DNA of 64,000 nucleotides from Acidimicrobiia bacterium (GTDB taxonomy: Bacteria > Actinomycetota > Acidimicrobiia > Spongiisociales > ZC4RG35). The position numbers and the translations under genes were made by a program. The stretch lies in contig JBOGEV010000014.1 in NCBI GenBank assembly GCA_050742015.1, forward strand, positions 18,015 to 82,014, read 5' to 3'. Positions 9,068 through 17,959 of this stretch are shown here, piece after piece. The notes under the pieces were generated by a model. The model was given only the letters and a program-made list of their open reading frames with translations, did no database searches and was not told the DNA's origin. Each line of letters opens with the position of its first letter. The first letter of the stretch is position 1.

Positions 9068-9216
9068 CCGGTCGTATCCTGCGGCGATGGGGAGGCGGTG
9101 GCAGCATTTCCCGTCACCGCTCATGGGGGCGCGATCCATCGCTGGTTCGGTGAGCCCGACATGCACGAGGCGGATGTGCGTAGTTTCGGAGCAACTCGCT
9201 AACGGAAGGAGATCGT

Positions 9217-9903
9217 TTGTTCTGGGACAACTTCCTTGATCGACTGGAAGCCCTTGGATCGACCATTGTCGAATGGGCCATTCTGATCTTGGTCGCCATC
9301 GTCGTTCTCATCATCGGCCGGTGGATCATCCGAGTCATACGGACGTGGATCGAGAGGCTGCTGGGGGCACGAGCCCTCGATGGGGTCTGGCAACGGTCGG
9401 GGATCGCCAGAACCCTGGAAGGCGGAGGACAGACACCGGCAGGTCTGGCAGCCACCATCGTCTATGCGTACTTATGGGTCGTTCTGCTGCTAATAGTGGC
9501 CCGGATCCTCCAGGTCGATGCCATCGAGCAGCTGTTGCTGCGGCTGCTGGCCTGGATTCCCTTGCTGCTGCTTGCAGCGGTGATCATCATCGTCGCCGCG
9601 GCAGCGGGGGGCTGGACTGCGAACCTGATACGCCCGTTCGCTCGAGAGCAGGGTGTTCCATGGCTGGCGGTTGTCGTGCACGTCGCGATCATCGTGTTCG
9701 GCGCCCTGTTCGCCATGGAGATCATCAGGATCGACTTCGCCGAGGACATCGTCAAGATCGTCATCGCCGCTTCGACCATCGGCCTGGCGATCGCCTTCGG
9801 CGTCGGGGGAATCGATACCGCCAGGAAGTGGTGGGCAAAGTACGGCACGCCCTCTGAGGGTGGAGGATCCCGGGAGAGTGCGGAACCTCCAACGAACCTC
9901 TAG
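9217..9903 (+). CDS. hypothetical multi-pass membrane protein (TM-helix repeat type)
   Basis: 228 aa with 5-6 predicted TM helices. TTG start is preceded by RBS GGAAGGAG. It is followed by a strong hairpin at 9917-9956 (gaggagaaaaggcacggtc/gaccgtgcccttctcctc). Confidence 0.6.
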   Translation: MFWDNFLDRLEALGSTIVEWAILILVAIVVLIIGRWIIRVIRTWIERLLGARALDGVWQRSGIARTLEGGGQTPAGLAATIVYAYLWVVLLLIVARILQVDAIEQLLLRLLAWIPLLLLAAVIIIVAAAAGGWTANLIRPFAREQGVPWLAVVVHVAIIVFGALFAMEIIRIDFAEDIVKIVIAASTIGLAIAFGVGGIDTARKWWAKYGTPSEGGGSRESAEPPTNL

Positions 9904-10117
9904 TCCGATCAACACTGAGGAGAAAAGGCACGGTCACCGACCGTGCCCTTCTCCTCGTTGGACGATCGGCTGCGGTTAGCGCCGGTTCATGCTCGCAGCA
10001 TCACCGACGAGTTATGGCGTCCCGCGAGGACCCACCCGCCAGGTTGAGGGCCTCTGCGAGACTCATTCTGCTCGATCTTCCGGGTCGCAGCGGCGACCCG
10101 GCGTTTACCCTTGGCCC

Positions 10118-10567
10118 ATGCTCTGCCCGGTTTGCGGTGCGCCCAGCACCCGTGTCATCGACAGCCGTCCCGCAGAAGGTGGCCAATCGATCCGTCGACG
10201 GCGCGAGTGTGAGGGCTGTCGCCATCGATTCACAACATACGAGCGGTTGGAGCCGCAACTGATGGTTCGCAAGCGCAATGGCCGGCTGGAGCCTTTCTCA
10301 GCGGCGAAATTGGCCGCCGGGATCTCGGCGGCGCTGGCCGATCGTCCCGTCTCCGGCTCAACCATCGAGCGTATCGCCGAAGAGGTCGGGGCCCATCTCC
10401 ACGGCAAGGGGTCACAGGTCAGCTCGGAGGACATCGGGAGAGAGGTGCTGGCCCGACTCCGCTCCCTCGACGAGGTGGGTTATCTTCGCTTCGCCTCCGT
10501 GTACAAGGACTTCCAGGACGCCGCCGACTTCGAGAAAGAAGTCGCCGCGCTCGAATCAGCCGAGTAG
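10118..10567 (+). CDS. nrdR: transcriptional repressor NrdR
   Basis: MLCPVCGAPSTRVIDSRP...CEGCRHRFTTYERLE is a zinc ribbon followed by an ATP-cone. ATG 10118. The ORF track has a long spurious 5' extension. Confidence 0.9.
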   Translation: MLCPVCGAPSTRVIDSRPAEGGQSIRRRRECEGCRHRFTTYERLEPQLMVRKRNGRLEPFSAAKLAAGISAALADRPVSGSTIERIAEEVGAHLHGKGSQVSSEDIGREVLARLRSLDEVGYLRFASVYKDFQDAADFEKEVAALESAE

Positions 10568-11623
10568 CCGATCGAGTTCTGCCCTGGCGTCGTCGAGCAA
10601 GGTCGACACCGTGGTCGCTACCGCTCCGATGTCCACGAGCATCGAGTGTCGCACCGACTGCAGGTCGGCGCGGAGGGAGCCGATGGCCTCCACGGCTGCC
10701 GTCCTGTTGCCGGTGGCGAGGGCGTCCAGGTAGGTCGTCTGAGTCGTTTCCAACCCTGAGATCACGTCATCGAGCGCTGACGATGCCTGGGCGGCCACAT
10801 CAACGGGAAGGGCATCTCGAGTCGACTCGAATCCAGTCCGCCACTCGGTGAATGCTTCGGTTGCAGCCGTCAGATCGGCGAGGGCAGGATCGGTCTCGAT
10901 GGGGGGCAGGGTCAGAGCTGGCTCGAGAGCGGTTCGATAGGCCGTGGTGTCCATGAGTTGTCGGGAGGCTTCGATGGCGAGCCCCGCAGCCTCGGCGGCG
11001 GCGGACCGGTCACCGGTGTCATCGGCGGGGAGGCTCGCGGATGCGGCGAACATCGACCTGGCTCGCTCACCCATGTCGAAGAAGATCGACGCGTCCTGAT
11101 TGGCCTCGGGCAGGCGGTCGGCGTCGAGATCGTCGACCAAGGGGGAGATCACATCGATGGCGTTCGATAGGGCAACAGCCTCGCTTTGCACCTGACCCAG
11201 GGCTGTGGCAGCGTCGTTGCTCGGCTCCCGGTACAGCCAGAGGGCAGCGCCGGCCACTGTCAGGGCCAAGGCGATGAGCGCGAGGAGCATCGGCCAGCGA
11301 AAGCGACGCCGCCCCAGGTGCTTGGTGCCGAAGCCCTCAGGGGCCCAGTCCACGAGGGAGGGAGCGTCCAGATCCGTGGAGTCCCAAATGTCCCTGACCA
11401 ACTCGCCCGTGGGCTCGGCATGTCGGCTGTGCTTCCCGGTGGGCAGCGTCACCAGCCCTGTGGTCGAGTACGACTCATGAGACGAGCCATTGCCGTTGGA
11501 AGCGACGGCAGGTGGCGGCGTGCTCCAGACACGCGCAGGGGCATCGATGAATCCGAGCGATTCCATCGATGCGAAGCGCTTGAATCGGCGATTGATTGGG
11601 GAAGTGGCAGTCAACGGGCACAC
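10556..11623 (-). CDS. hypothetical single-pass membrane protein with Ala/Asp-rich extracytoplasmic domain
   Basis: 355 aa. A cytoplasmic N-terminus is followed by a TM helix (WPMLLALIALALTVAGAALWLY) and a low-complexity Ala/Asp/Thr-rich domain. It overlaps nrdR convergently and has no recognisable family. Confidence 0.5.
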   Translation of the reverse strand: MCPLTATSPINRRFKRFASMESLGFIDAPARVWSTPPPAVASNGNGSSHESYSTTGLVTLPTGKHSRHAEPTGELVRDIWDSTDLDAPSLVDWAPEGFGTKHLGRRRFRWPMLLALIALALTVAGAALWLYREPSNDAATALGQVQSEAVALSNAIDVISPLVDDLDADRLPEANQDASIFFDMGERARSMFAASASLPADDTGDRSAAAEAAGLAIEASRQLMDTTAYRTALEPALTLPPIETDPALADLTAATEAFTEWRTGFESTRDALPVDVAAQASSALDDVISGLETTQTTYLDALATGNRTAAVEAIGSLRADLQSVRHSMLVDIGAVATTVSTLLDDARAELDRLLG

Positions 11624-11653
11624 TCATTTACAGTCGTCCGGTCATCCCGCCCA

Positions 11654-12100
11654 ATGCCCCGTGACCCCGACGTGCAAGCTAGTTTCAAAAGACTCGATCC
11701 GGAAGTGGAAATTCCCACAAGGTCTCATATCGGCGACGCGGCGGTCGATCTTCAGGCCAGATACGACATAACTCTGGAACCGGGGGAGCGGGCCGCGGTG
11801 CCGACAGGGATCGCCGTGGCCATCCCGGAGGGGTTCGCCGGCCTCGTCCTTCCCCGCAGCGGGCATGCCCGGCGCCACGGGGTCGGTGTGGTCAACGGGC
11901 CCGGTCTGATCGACTCCGGGTATCGAGGCGAAGTGTCGGTCTTGCTGATCAATCATGGGACAGAGCCGGTGAGATTCGCCCGGGGCGAGCGCATCGCCCA
12001 GCTGGCAGTGGTCCCGGTGCCTGCAGTCGAGTGGGTGGAGGTGGTCGAGCTAGATGAGACCGCGCGCGGGACCGGCGGCTTCGGATCCACCGGTTCGTGA
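11654..12100 (+). CDS. dut: dUTP diphosphatase
   Basis: FKRLDPEVEIPTRSHIGDAAVDL...GLIDSGYRGEV...RIAQL are the dUTPase motifs. Start is ATG 11654 or GTG 11672. The ORF track 11186..12100 is over-extended. Confidence 0.88.
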   Translation: MPRDPDVQASFKRLDPEVEIPTRSHIGDAAVDLQARYDITLEPGERAAVPTGIAVAIPEGFAGLVLPRSGHARRHGVGVVNGPGLIDSGYRGEVSVLLINHGTEPVRFARGERIAQLAVVPVPAVEWVEVVELDETARGTGGFGSTGS

Positions 12101-12144
12101 CACGTTTGGTTGGCCAAAGGGGCCGGTTACAATGCGTGACCCGT

Positions 12145-12218
12145 GCGGAAGTAGCTCAGTTGGCTAGAGCGCAACCTTGCCAAGGTTGAGGTCGCGGGTT
12201 CGAATCCCGTCTTCCGCT
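12145..12218 (+). tRNA. tRNA-Gly (anticodon GCC)
   Basis: Cloverleaf is gcggaag/cttccgc acceptor, anticodon loop ttGCCaa, T-loop gttcgaatc. CCA is not encoded. Confidence 0.9.
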
Positions 12219-12245
12219 CCGACGATGCTCGAGTCGTCCGGTCTC

Positions 12246-12316
12246 GGCGACGTGGCCGAGTGGTTAGGCGCGGGTCTGCAAAACCCGTTACACCGGTTCG
12301 ATTCCGGTCGTCGCCT
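12246..12316 (+). tRNA. tRNA-Cys (anticodon GCA)
   Basis: Acceptor ggcgacg/cgtcgcc, anticodon loop ctGCAaa, T-arm ccggttcgattccgg. CCA is encoded at 12317-12319. Confidence 0.9.
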
Positions 12317-12331
12317 CCAAGGAGGGAACAG

Positions 12332-12406
12332 GGGCCCTTAGCTCAGCCCGGCTAGAGCGCTTGCTCGACACGCAAGAGGTCACTGGTTCAAGTCCAGTAG
12401 GGCCCA
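12332..12406 (+). tRNA. tRNA-Val (anticodon GAC)
   Basis: Acceptor gggccct/agggccc, anticodon loop tcGACac. CCA is encoded. A rho-independent terminator follows. Confidence 0.9.
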
Positions 12407-12414
12407 CCAAGAAA

Positions 12415-12446
12415 GAAACCCTCGAAGTAGCGGGGGTTTCTTTTTG
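12415..12446 (+). terminator. intrinsic terminator after the tRNA cluster
   Basis: Stem gaaaccc ... gggtttc followed by TTTTT. Confidence 0.7.
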
Positions 12447-12519
12447 TGCCACCGCCGGTTTCGCTTTACCCGGCTTGGGGTAACATCACGGCTGCGTTAT
12501 TCGAGATGGGAGCACCACG

Positions 12520-12918
12520 ATGGCGATGTCGCAGGAACACAAAGACGCCCTGGCCAAAGGACGACTTGAGGCCCGAACCATCAAGGCTTATCTGAATGCC
12601 TTGGATGCCAGAAAGCCGGGGCGGCCGGTGACGAGAGACAGTTTGGAGAAGAGGCTCGCCCGCGTCGACGCCAAACTGGAGTCAGAGGCGGACGCCCTGA
12701 AGAGGCTTGACCTGATGCAGTCCAAGGTCGATATCGAGCAGGCGCTGGGCAAGGCCACCAAGGGAACGAACCCCGAGGAACTGACGGCTGGATTTGTGGC
12801 CCATGCCCGGTCTTATTCCGATCGCAAAGGGATCAGCTACACGACATGGCGCCAGTTCGGAGTACCGGCCGACGTGTTGAAGCAGGCTGGCATCCCCGAG
12901 ACTCGGCGTCGTTCCTAG
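12520..12918 (+). CDS. hypothetical small basic protein
   Basis: 132-aa ORF, charged and Lys/Arg-rich, with no recognisable motif. It lies in the tRNA-bounded islet. Confidence 0.45.
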   Translation: MAMSQEHKDALAKGRLEARTIKAYLNALDARKPGRPVTRDSLEKRLARVDAKLESEADALKRLDLMQSKVDIEQALGKATKGTNPEELTAGFVAHARSYSDRKGISYTTWRQFGVPADVLKQAGIPETRRRS

Positions 12919-12929
12919 CGGTCTGCCAC

Positions 12930-13271
12930 TCATTCCCAACCCAATTCCTCGAGCCGCTCGTCGTCGATGCCCAGGTGATGGGCCACTTCGTGAAGAACAG
13001 TTCTCTTGATCTCGTCCTCGAGCTCGCGACCTACCAGACCGAGTTCGAGGTGGGGCTCTCTGAAGACGATGATCCGATCGGGTAGGGCGCCCCAATAGTC
13101 TCCGGAGCGTTCGAGCAGCGACACGCCCTCATACAGCCCGAGGACGTCACCCTGTTCGGGAGAGGGTCGGTCTTCGACAACCACATGGAGGTTGTCCACT
13201 GTGTCCAAGACCCAGGCGGGCAGATCCTCCAGGGCGTGATCCACCGCCGCCTCGAATTCGCGTCTGTTCAC
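12930..13271 (-). CDS. zincin-like metallopeptidase family protein (HExxH; DUF1025/Zincin_1 type)
   Basis: 113 aa with HEVAHHLG (HExxH) near the C-terminus and the acidic N-terminal region typical of this small family. Confidence 0.6.
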   Translation of the reverse strand: MNRREFEAAVDHALEDLPAWVLDTVDNLHVVVEDRPSPEQGDVLGLYEGVSLLERSGDYWGALPDRIIVFREPHLELGLVGRELEDEIKRTVLHEVAHHLGIDDERLEELGWE

Positions 13272-13308
13272 CCGCCGATTGAATCACCAATTTCCCTGGG
13301 TTGTGAGA

Positions 13309-13725
13309 TCAGGCCTCGATGGCTCGAGCTCCGAGGAACGCGAAGACGGCCGCCGCGGCCAGGAGCAGCCAGGCGATGACATCGACCGCGTCACCCCAAC
13401 CGAACCGGATGGTGTCGACGAAGTCCCAGAGCCCGGCTACCGCGATCACGTAGCCACTGATCTTCAACAACGTGGCGGTGCTGATTCCAGAGCCGACTGG
13501 TGTTCCGGTGAGTCGGGGGAGAAGCACGGCGAACGAGGCCGGGATGATGGACTCATATGGCGGATACCACTCGTCGAGAATGAGGCCAAATATCACGAAG
13601 ACACCGAGGACCACCGCACCCGAAATCATCACCATCATCTCCCCCGACATGCCAGTCAAAGGGGAAGCTGCAGGAGCGGGGGTTGGTGGAGTCGACTCCG
13701 GTGTTGCCGGTGGCTCACTGGTCAT
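13309..13725 (-). CDS. hypothetical membrane protein
   Basis: 138 aa. A Pro/Thr-rich N-terminus is followed by 3 TM helices. A good RBS (aggaggg) precedes the ATG. Confidence 0.5.
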   Translation of the reverse strand: MTSEPPATPESTPPTPAPAASPLTGMSGEMMVMISGAVVLGVFVIFGLILDEWYPPYESIIPASFAVLLPRLTGTPVGSGISTATLLKISGYVIAVAGLWDFVDTIRFGWGDAVDVIAWLLLAAAAVFAFLGARAIEA

Positions 13726-13843
13726 TGTTCCCTCCTAAGGGTTGATCCGTCGCCCTAGTGTAAAAACGGAGCTTCGGGTCTTGTCGGTCAGACCAGGGGT
13801 TTTGTGCCTAGAGATTCCGAAATCGGTATCCTCGGCTCGGTAC

Positions 13844-13918
13844 GGGCGATTAGCTCAGTCCGGCTAGAGCGCTCGCCTCACACGCGAGAGGTCACTGGTT
13901 CAAGTCCAGTATCGCCCA
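13844..13918 (+). tRNA. tRNA-Val (anticodon CAC)
   Basis: Acceptor gggcgat/atcgccc, anticodon loop ctCACac, T-arm ggttcaagtcc. CCA is not encoded. Confidence 0.9.
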
Positions 13919-13927
13919 CTGTTACCT

Positions 13928-14135
13928 GTGAGGGGGGACGACCCCCCTCCGACCCCCCGACCAGGGCCCCCACCACCTCGACACTTTGAATCGGGTCAGC
14001 TAGGTGGCCGCGTGAGGGGGGACGACCCTCCTGCGACGCGCCAACCAGGGCCGGTACCACCTCGACACTCTGAATCGGGTCGGCTAGTTGGCCGGGTGGG
14101 TGACGACCCCCTCCGACCCCCGACCAGGGCCGGCA
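13928..14135. repeat. ~84-bp GC-rich tandem direct repeat (2.5 copies), each unit starting with hairpin gaggggggacgacccccctc
   Basis: Unit A is 13928-14011, unit B 14012-14096 and partial unit C 14097-~14135, at ~85% identity. A 16-bp-stem hairpin follows at 14141-14192. The first 33 nt are identical to an inverted copy at 20969-21000. Confidence 0.85.
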
Positions 14136-14223
14136 TGTCTTTTGCCTTCGTTCTGTGCGGGTTTACGCGGCGAGGAGCGCGGTAAACCCGCACAGAAGTG
14201 GGGATTAGCCCGAGGCCGAGCGG

Positions 14224-15507
14224 TCAGGTCACGGTGAGGCGGGAGTTCCGGAATGCGTCGTGGGCGCCGCTGTCCACGATGCGACAGATTCGCTGCACCG
14301 CGGTGTGAACCTGGATATGACTGGTGTAGAGCGGAGCGAGACCCAGACGCAGGTTGACGGGCGAGCGGAAGTCCGGGATGACCTTGCCCAATTCGATCAT
14401 GGCTCTGGTGATCGGCCAGGCATCGGGGTGGGTCAGCGACACATGGCTGCCTCTCGCGAGTGGGTCGCGTGGAGAGGCGAGGGTGAATCCGCGCTGGACC
14501 AGGTGGCGCTCCCATTGCTCGATCAGACAATTGGTCAATGACACCGACTTGGCTCTGATTCGGTCGATCCCTGCCTCCTCGATGACTTCGATGCCGCCTT
14601 CGATCGCAACGAGGGAGACGATCGGCATCGTGCCGGTGTGAAACTTCCGGATGCCGTCGACCGGACGGAACTCCAGATCGAATGCGAACGGCTCGGCGTG
14701 TCCCCACCACCCTGTGATCGGGTTGGCGAGTTGTTCCTGGAGCTCGGATCGAACGTAGAGGAAGGCCGGCGAGCCGGGGCCACCACCCAGGTACTTGTAG
14801 GTGCATCCCACGGCGAGATCCACTCCCGTCCCGGTCAGGTCGATGGGCATCACCCCTACCGAATGGGATAGGTCCCAAAGGACCAGGGCCCCGACGCTAT
14901 GGGCGATTTCGGTCACGGCGGCCAGGTCGTAGGTGTAGCCCGATCTGAACACGGTGTGAGACAAGGAGAGCAGGGCAGTCTTCTCGTCGACCTCGGACTC
15001 CAGATTGGCCACGGGCCCGGATATGCCGTCGGAGCCGACTACGACGAGCCGGGCTCCCTCTGCCTCGGCCACACCCCGCAACACGTACACATCGGTGGGG
15101 AAGTTGAGATCGTCGGTGACCACCTCGGCCCGCCCCGGCCGGCTCCTTATGGCAGCTAGGGCAAGCTTGTAGAGGTTGACCGAGGTGGCGTCCGAGAGGA
15201 TCACCTCGCCGGGCCGGGCACCCACCAAGGCTGCGAGACGATCGCCCAGTGTGAGTTGCAGGTCCCACCAGCCCTCGTTCCAGGATCCGACAAGACCTCG
15301 TCCCCACTCCGAGCGGACGACCCTGTCGACGATCTCGACCGAGCGCTTAGGGAGCCGACCGAGCGAGTTCCCATCCAGGTAGATCGACTCAGGGTCATCG
15401 ATGACGAACCGCTCCCGGAGTTCCGCCAGCGGGTCGTCTCCATCGAGGTCGGCGGCCTCCTCGAAACCTGCCGACCCGGGGAACGGGCCTAAGGGGACTC
15501 GGGTCAT
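14224..15507 (-). CDS. kynU: kynureninase-like PLP-dependent enzyme (aminotransferase class V fold)
   Basis: 427 aa with IYLDGNSLGRLPK near the N-terminus, characteristic of kynureninase, and a PLP-fold core. Confidence 0.65.
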   Translation of the reverse strand: MTRVPLGPFPGSAGFEEAADLDGDDPLAELRERFVIDDPESIYLDGNSLGRLPKRSVEIVDRVVRSEWGRGLVGSWNEGWWDLQLTLGDRLAALVGARPGEVILSDATSVNLYKLALAAIRSRPGRAEVVTDDLNFPTDVYVLRGVAEAEGARLVVVGSDGISGPVANLESEVDEKTALLSLSHTVFRSGYTYDLAAVTEIAHSVGALVLWDLSHSVGVMPIDLTGTGVDLAVGCTYKYLGGGPGSPAFLYVRSELQEQLANPITGWWGHAEPFAFDLEFRPVDGIRKFHTGTMPIVSLVAIEGGIEVIEEAGIDRIRAKSVSLTNCLIEQWERHLVQRGFTLASPRDPLARGSHVSLTHPDAWPITRAMIELGKVIPDFRSPVNLRLGLAPLYTSHIQVHTAVQRICRIVDSGAHDAFRNSRLTVT

Positions 15508-16961
15508 GTAGAGCAGGCACCGGATGCGAAGCTGAGCCCCGAGTCTTCGGGGATCTGTGCGACGAGAGCATTCTGGACTTCGGCCTGGATCCTGGGCACA
15601 TCTGGGGTGGGCAATCCGTTCGAGGTGAAACCGCTCCGGTAGTTGCGGTCGAACCCGACGACGATGACTCGTTCAGCAGCGAGATTGGGGGCGAGATTCA
15701 CGATGTATGGGATCTTGCTCAAAGGGATGTCGGTTGTCACGCGGTTCCGGATCGTGTCGAGGAGGGTTGGGAACGAGCCGAAGATGCGCAGCGGCTCGAG
15801 CTGGGATCCGAGCGCGGTGAGAAGGCACCGCTGTCGGGCCATCCGGGCGTAGTCGTTGGACCCGGTTCTGCTCCGGGCAAAGGCGAGGGCGAGGTCACCG
15901 CTCAATGCCTGCTGGCCGGCAGGGATGGTGATCATGGTGTGAGAGCCGTTCGACCGGTCGTACAGAGGTGCGAGCAACTCCCTGTTCACGTCCACCGTCA
16001 GTCCACCGAGCACGTCGACGACCTCGGCAAATCCGACCATGTCCACCAGAACGTAGTGGTCGATCTCGATGCCGAGGAGAGTGGACGCGACGTCCGACAC
16101 TGCGGCCGCTCCGGGGTCGGTACCTCCGAAACGATCAGGATTGCGCCAGCCCCACTGGTACACCTCGTTGAGCAGGCCCCGGCTCAGACCTGGGAAGGTG
16201 CTCCCGTCGGAGAAGGTGAAGCCACCCATGTCACGAGGGAGACCGAAGAGGGCGGCATCCCCGGTCACCGTGTCGACGGAGGCAACGATCATCGTGTCGG
16301 TCCTCGCCCCGCTCCGACCGGGGCCCGAATCGACGCCGAGAAGGAGGAGACTGAACCGCTCGGTACCGAGTGGCAGGGTGGTGGTTGTGGTGGTGGCGGC
16401 GGTGATGGTGGGCAGCATCAACTCCGGGACCAGGAGGCGGATCTGCCCGCTCGATGTGGTGTCCAGCGTTGTGGTCGTGGCCGGCTGTGTCGTTGTCGCG
16501 ACCCGTTCTTCGGTTGTGGTCGTCTCCGCCAAAGCGACGGTTCCGGGCTCCTCGGTGGGAAATACCGACAGCAACGTCGATCTGGTCTCGAGGCCATACA
16601 CACCCAAGGCGACGTGGGGAATCGCAACCAAGAGGAGCATCACCATCAATCCCAGACTGACCAGGCGTCCTCCGGCCATCAGCCAGGCGTGTGTCGTCGA
16701 GCAGATCCGAACCGAGGCGATGACGAGGTTGAGGAGAAGGATCGTGAGCAGCAACTCGGGGTCGACGAGCCACCGGATCATCTCCGGGAAGCCGTCGACG
16801 GCGACCGCGGCGGCCGATGCCGCCAGAAAGACGAGGGAGCCGGCGATGAGGGCCGAACCGGTTCGGCGGTACCCGACCCTCACCTGTCCCCAGCCGGGGA
16901 AGGCGGCGGAGGCGGTGGCCGCTCCCAGAGGAGACGGGTGCCGGGAGCCGGCGGCGCGCAT
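15504..16961 (-). CDS. LCP family (LytR-CpsA-Psr) cell-envelope glycopolymer transferase
   Basis: An N-terminal TM helix and Thr-rich linker precede the LCP core LLLGVDSGPGRSGARTDTMIVASVD...GLPRD. It is coupled by ATGA overlap to the downstream kynureninase gene. Confidence 0.8.
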   Translation of the reverse strand: MRAAGSRHPSPLGAATASAAFPGWGQVRVGYRRTGSALIAGSLVFLAASAAAVAVDGFPEMIRWLVDPELLLTILLLNLVIASVRICSTTHAWLMAGGRLVSLGLMVMLLLVAIPHVALGVYGLETRSTLLSVFPTEEPGTVALAETTTTEERVATTTQPATTTTLDTTSSGQIRLLVPELMLPTITAATTTTTTLPLGTERFSLLLLGVDSGPGRSGARTDTMIVASVDTVTGDAALFGLPRDMGGFTFSDGSTFPGLSRGLLNEVYQWGWRNPDRFGGTDPGAAAVSDVASTLLGIEIDHYVLVDMVGFAEVVDVLGGLTVDVNRELLAPLYDRSNGSHTMITIPAGQQALSGDLALAFARSRTGSNDYARMARQRCLLTALGSQLEPLRIFGSFPTLLDTIRNRVTTDIPLSKIPYIVNLAPNLAAERVIVVGFDRNYRSGFTSNGLPTPDVPRIQAEVQNALVAQIPEDSGLSFASGACST

Positions 16962-16978
16962 GGGAGTGGAACGAGCAA

Positions 16979-17956
16979 TTGGAAGCGCCGGTTCCCATCC
17001 CGCAGCTTGCTTACCCTCTGCCGGTGGCTGCTGAGATCACCAGGGCGAGCATCGAGCGCGCCGCGACGCGTATCGAGCCCTACGTCCGGCGGACACCCGT
17101 CGCCGACCTCGGCGATGCCCTCGGCGCCGGATACCGGCTGGTCCTCAAGCTGGACTCCATGCAGCCCACCGGCTCGTTCAAGGTCCGTGGTGCCTTCGCC
17201 GCGCTGACCGAGGCGCCGATTTCAGAGGCCGGTGTCGTGGCGGCATCGGGCGGCAACTTCGGAATGGCCGTCGCCTTCGCGGCTCGGGAACTCGGACATC
17301 GGGCGACGGTCTTCGTTCCCGCCACCTCACCCGAGGAGAAGATCGGGCGGATCGCAGGTCTTGGCGCCGAAGTCAGGGTCGTTGATGGCTACTACCAGCA
17401 GGCACTGGAGGAGTCACGCGAGATGGTGGCCGTCTCGGGTGCGTTGGAAGTTCATGCCTATGACCAACCGGGGGTGGTCGCGGGTCAGGGGACGTGCGGC
17501 AGGGAGATCATGGAGCAAGTGCCGAATCTCACCTCGATCCTCGTCGCAGTCGGCGGCGGCGGGTTGATCGCCGGGATCGCCAGGTGGGCGCGCGACGAGG
17601 CGGTGATCGTCGGCGTGGAACCCGAAGCTTGCCCGACATTGCACGCAGCGCGCGACGCGGGCGGCCCGGTCGACGTCGACGTCGGGGGAGTGGCGGCGTC
17701 GGCCCTGGGCGCCAGCCGTCTCGGTGACATCGCGTGGGAGGTCAATGGCTGGATCGACCGATCGGTCCTGGTCACGGATCAGGCCATACTCGAGGCCCAG
17801 ACCTGGCTGTGGGACACCTGCCGGATCCTGGCCGAGCCTGCGGCATGCACTCCCGTTGCTGCCCTCGCGACCGGGGCGCACAGTCCGGCGCCAGGTGAGA
17901 CAGTGGTCGCACTCATCTCAGGGGCCAACACCGGTCCGTTGGGACCGGGAGGATGA
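16979..17956 (+). CDS. PLP-dependent threonine/serine dehydratase (fold type II)
   Basis: FKVRGA is the PLP-lysine motif. A glycine-rich loop is present. 325 aa, so there is no ACT regulatory domain. TTG start lies only 17 bp from the divergent LCP start. Confidence 0.75.
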   Translation: MEAPVPIPQLAYPLPVAAEITRASIERAATRIEPYVRRTPVADLGDALGAGYRLVLKLDSMQPTGSFKVRGAFAALTEAPISEAGVVAASGGNFGMAVAFAARELGHRATVFVPATSPEEKIGRIAGLGAEVRVVDGYYQQALEESREMVAVSGALEVHAYDQPGVVAGQGTCGREIMEQVPNLTSILVAVGGGGLIAGIARWARDEAVIVGVEPEACPTLHAARDAGGPVDVDVGGVAASALGASRLGDIAWEVNGWIDRSVLVTDQAILEAQTWLWDTCRILAEPAACTPVAALATGAHSPAPGETVVALISGANTGPLGPGG

Positions 17957-17959
17957 GAT

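Noticed and set aside
9904-10117. NrdR box upstream of nrdR
   Set aside because: NrdR boxes precede nrd operons, not nrdR itself. The palindrome at 9917-9956 is better explained as the terminator of the upstream membrane-protein gene.
12520-12918. Nucleoid-associated (Lsr2/HU-like) assignment for the basic 132-aa protein
   Set aside because: The charge composition is suggestive, but there is no recognisable Lsr2 RGR motif or HU fold signature. It is left as hypothetical.
13928-14135. CRISPR array near a tRNA
   Set aside because: The repeats are ~84 bp and directly abutting, with no unique spacers and ~15% divergence between units. There are no cas genes in the window. This is not CRISPR architecture.
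13928-14185. ORFs 13928-14185 (plus strand), 13878-14060 and 13996-14193 (minus strand), and 20661-20999 (minus strand), encoding Pro/Gly-rich peptides beginning MRGDDPPPTPRP
   Set aside because: They are translations of the GC-rich repeat units. The same peptide start appears on both copies only because the DNA repeat is shared. They have no RBS and low complexity.
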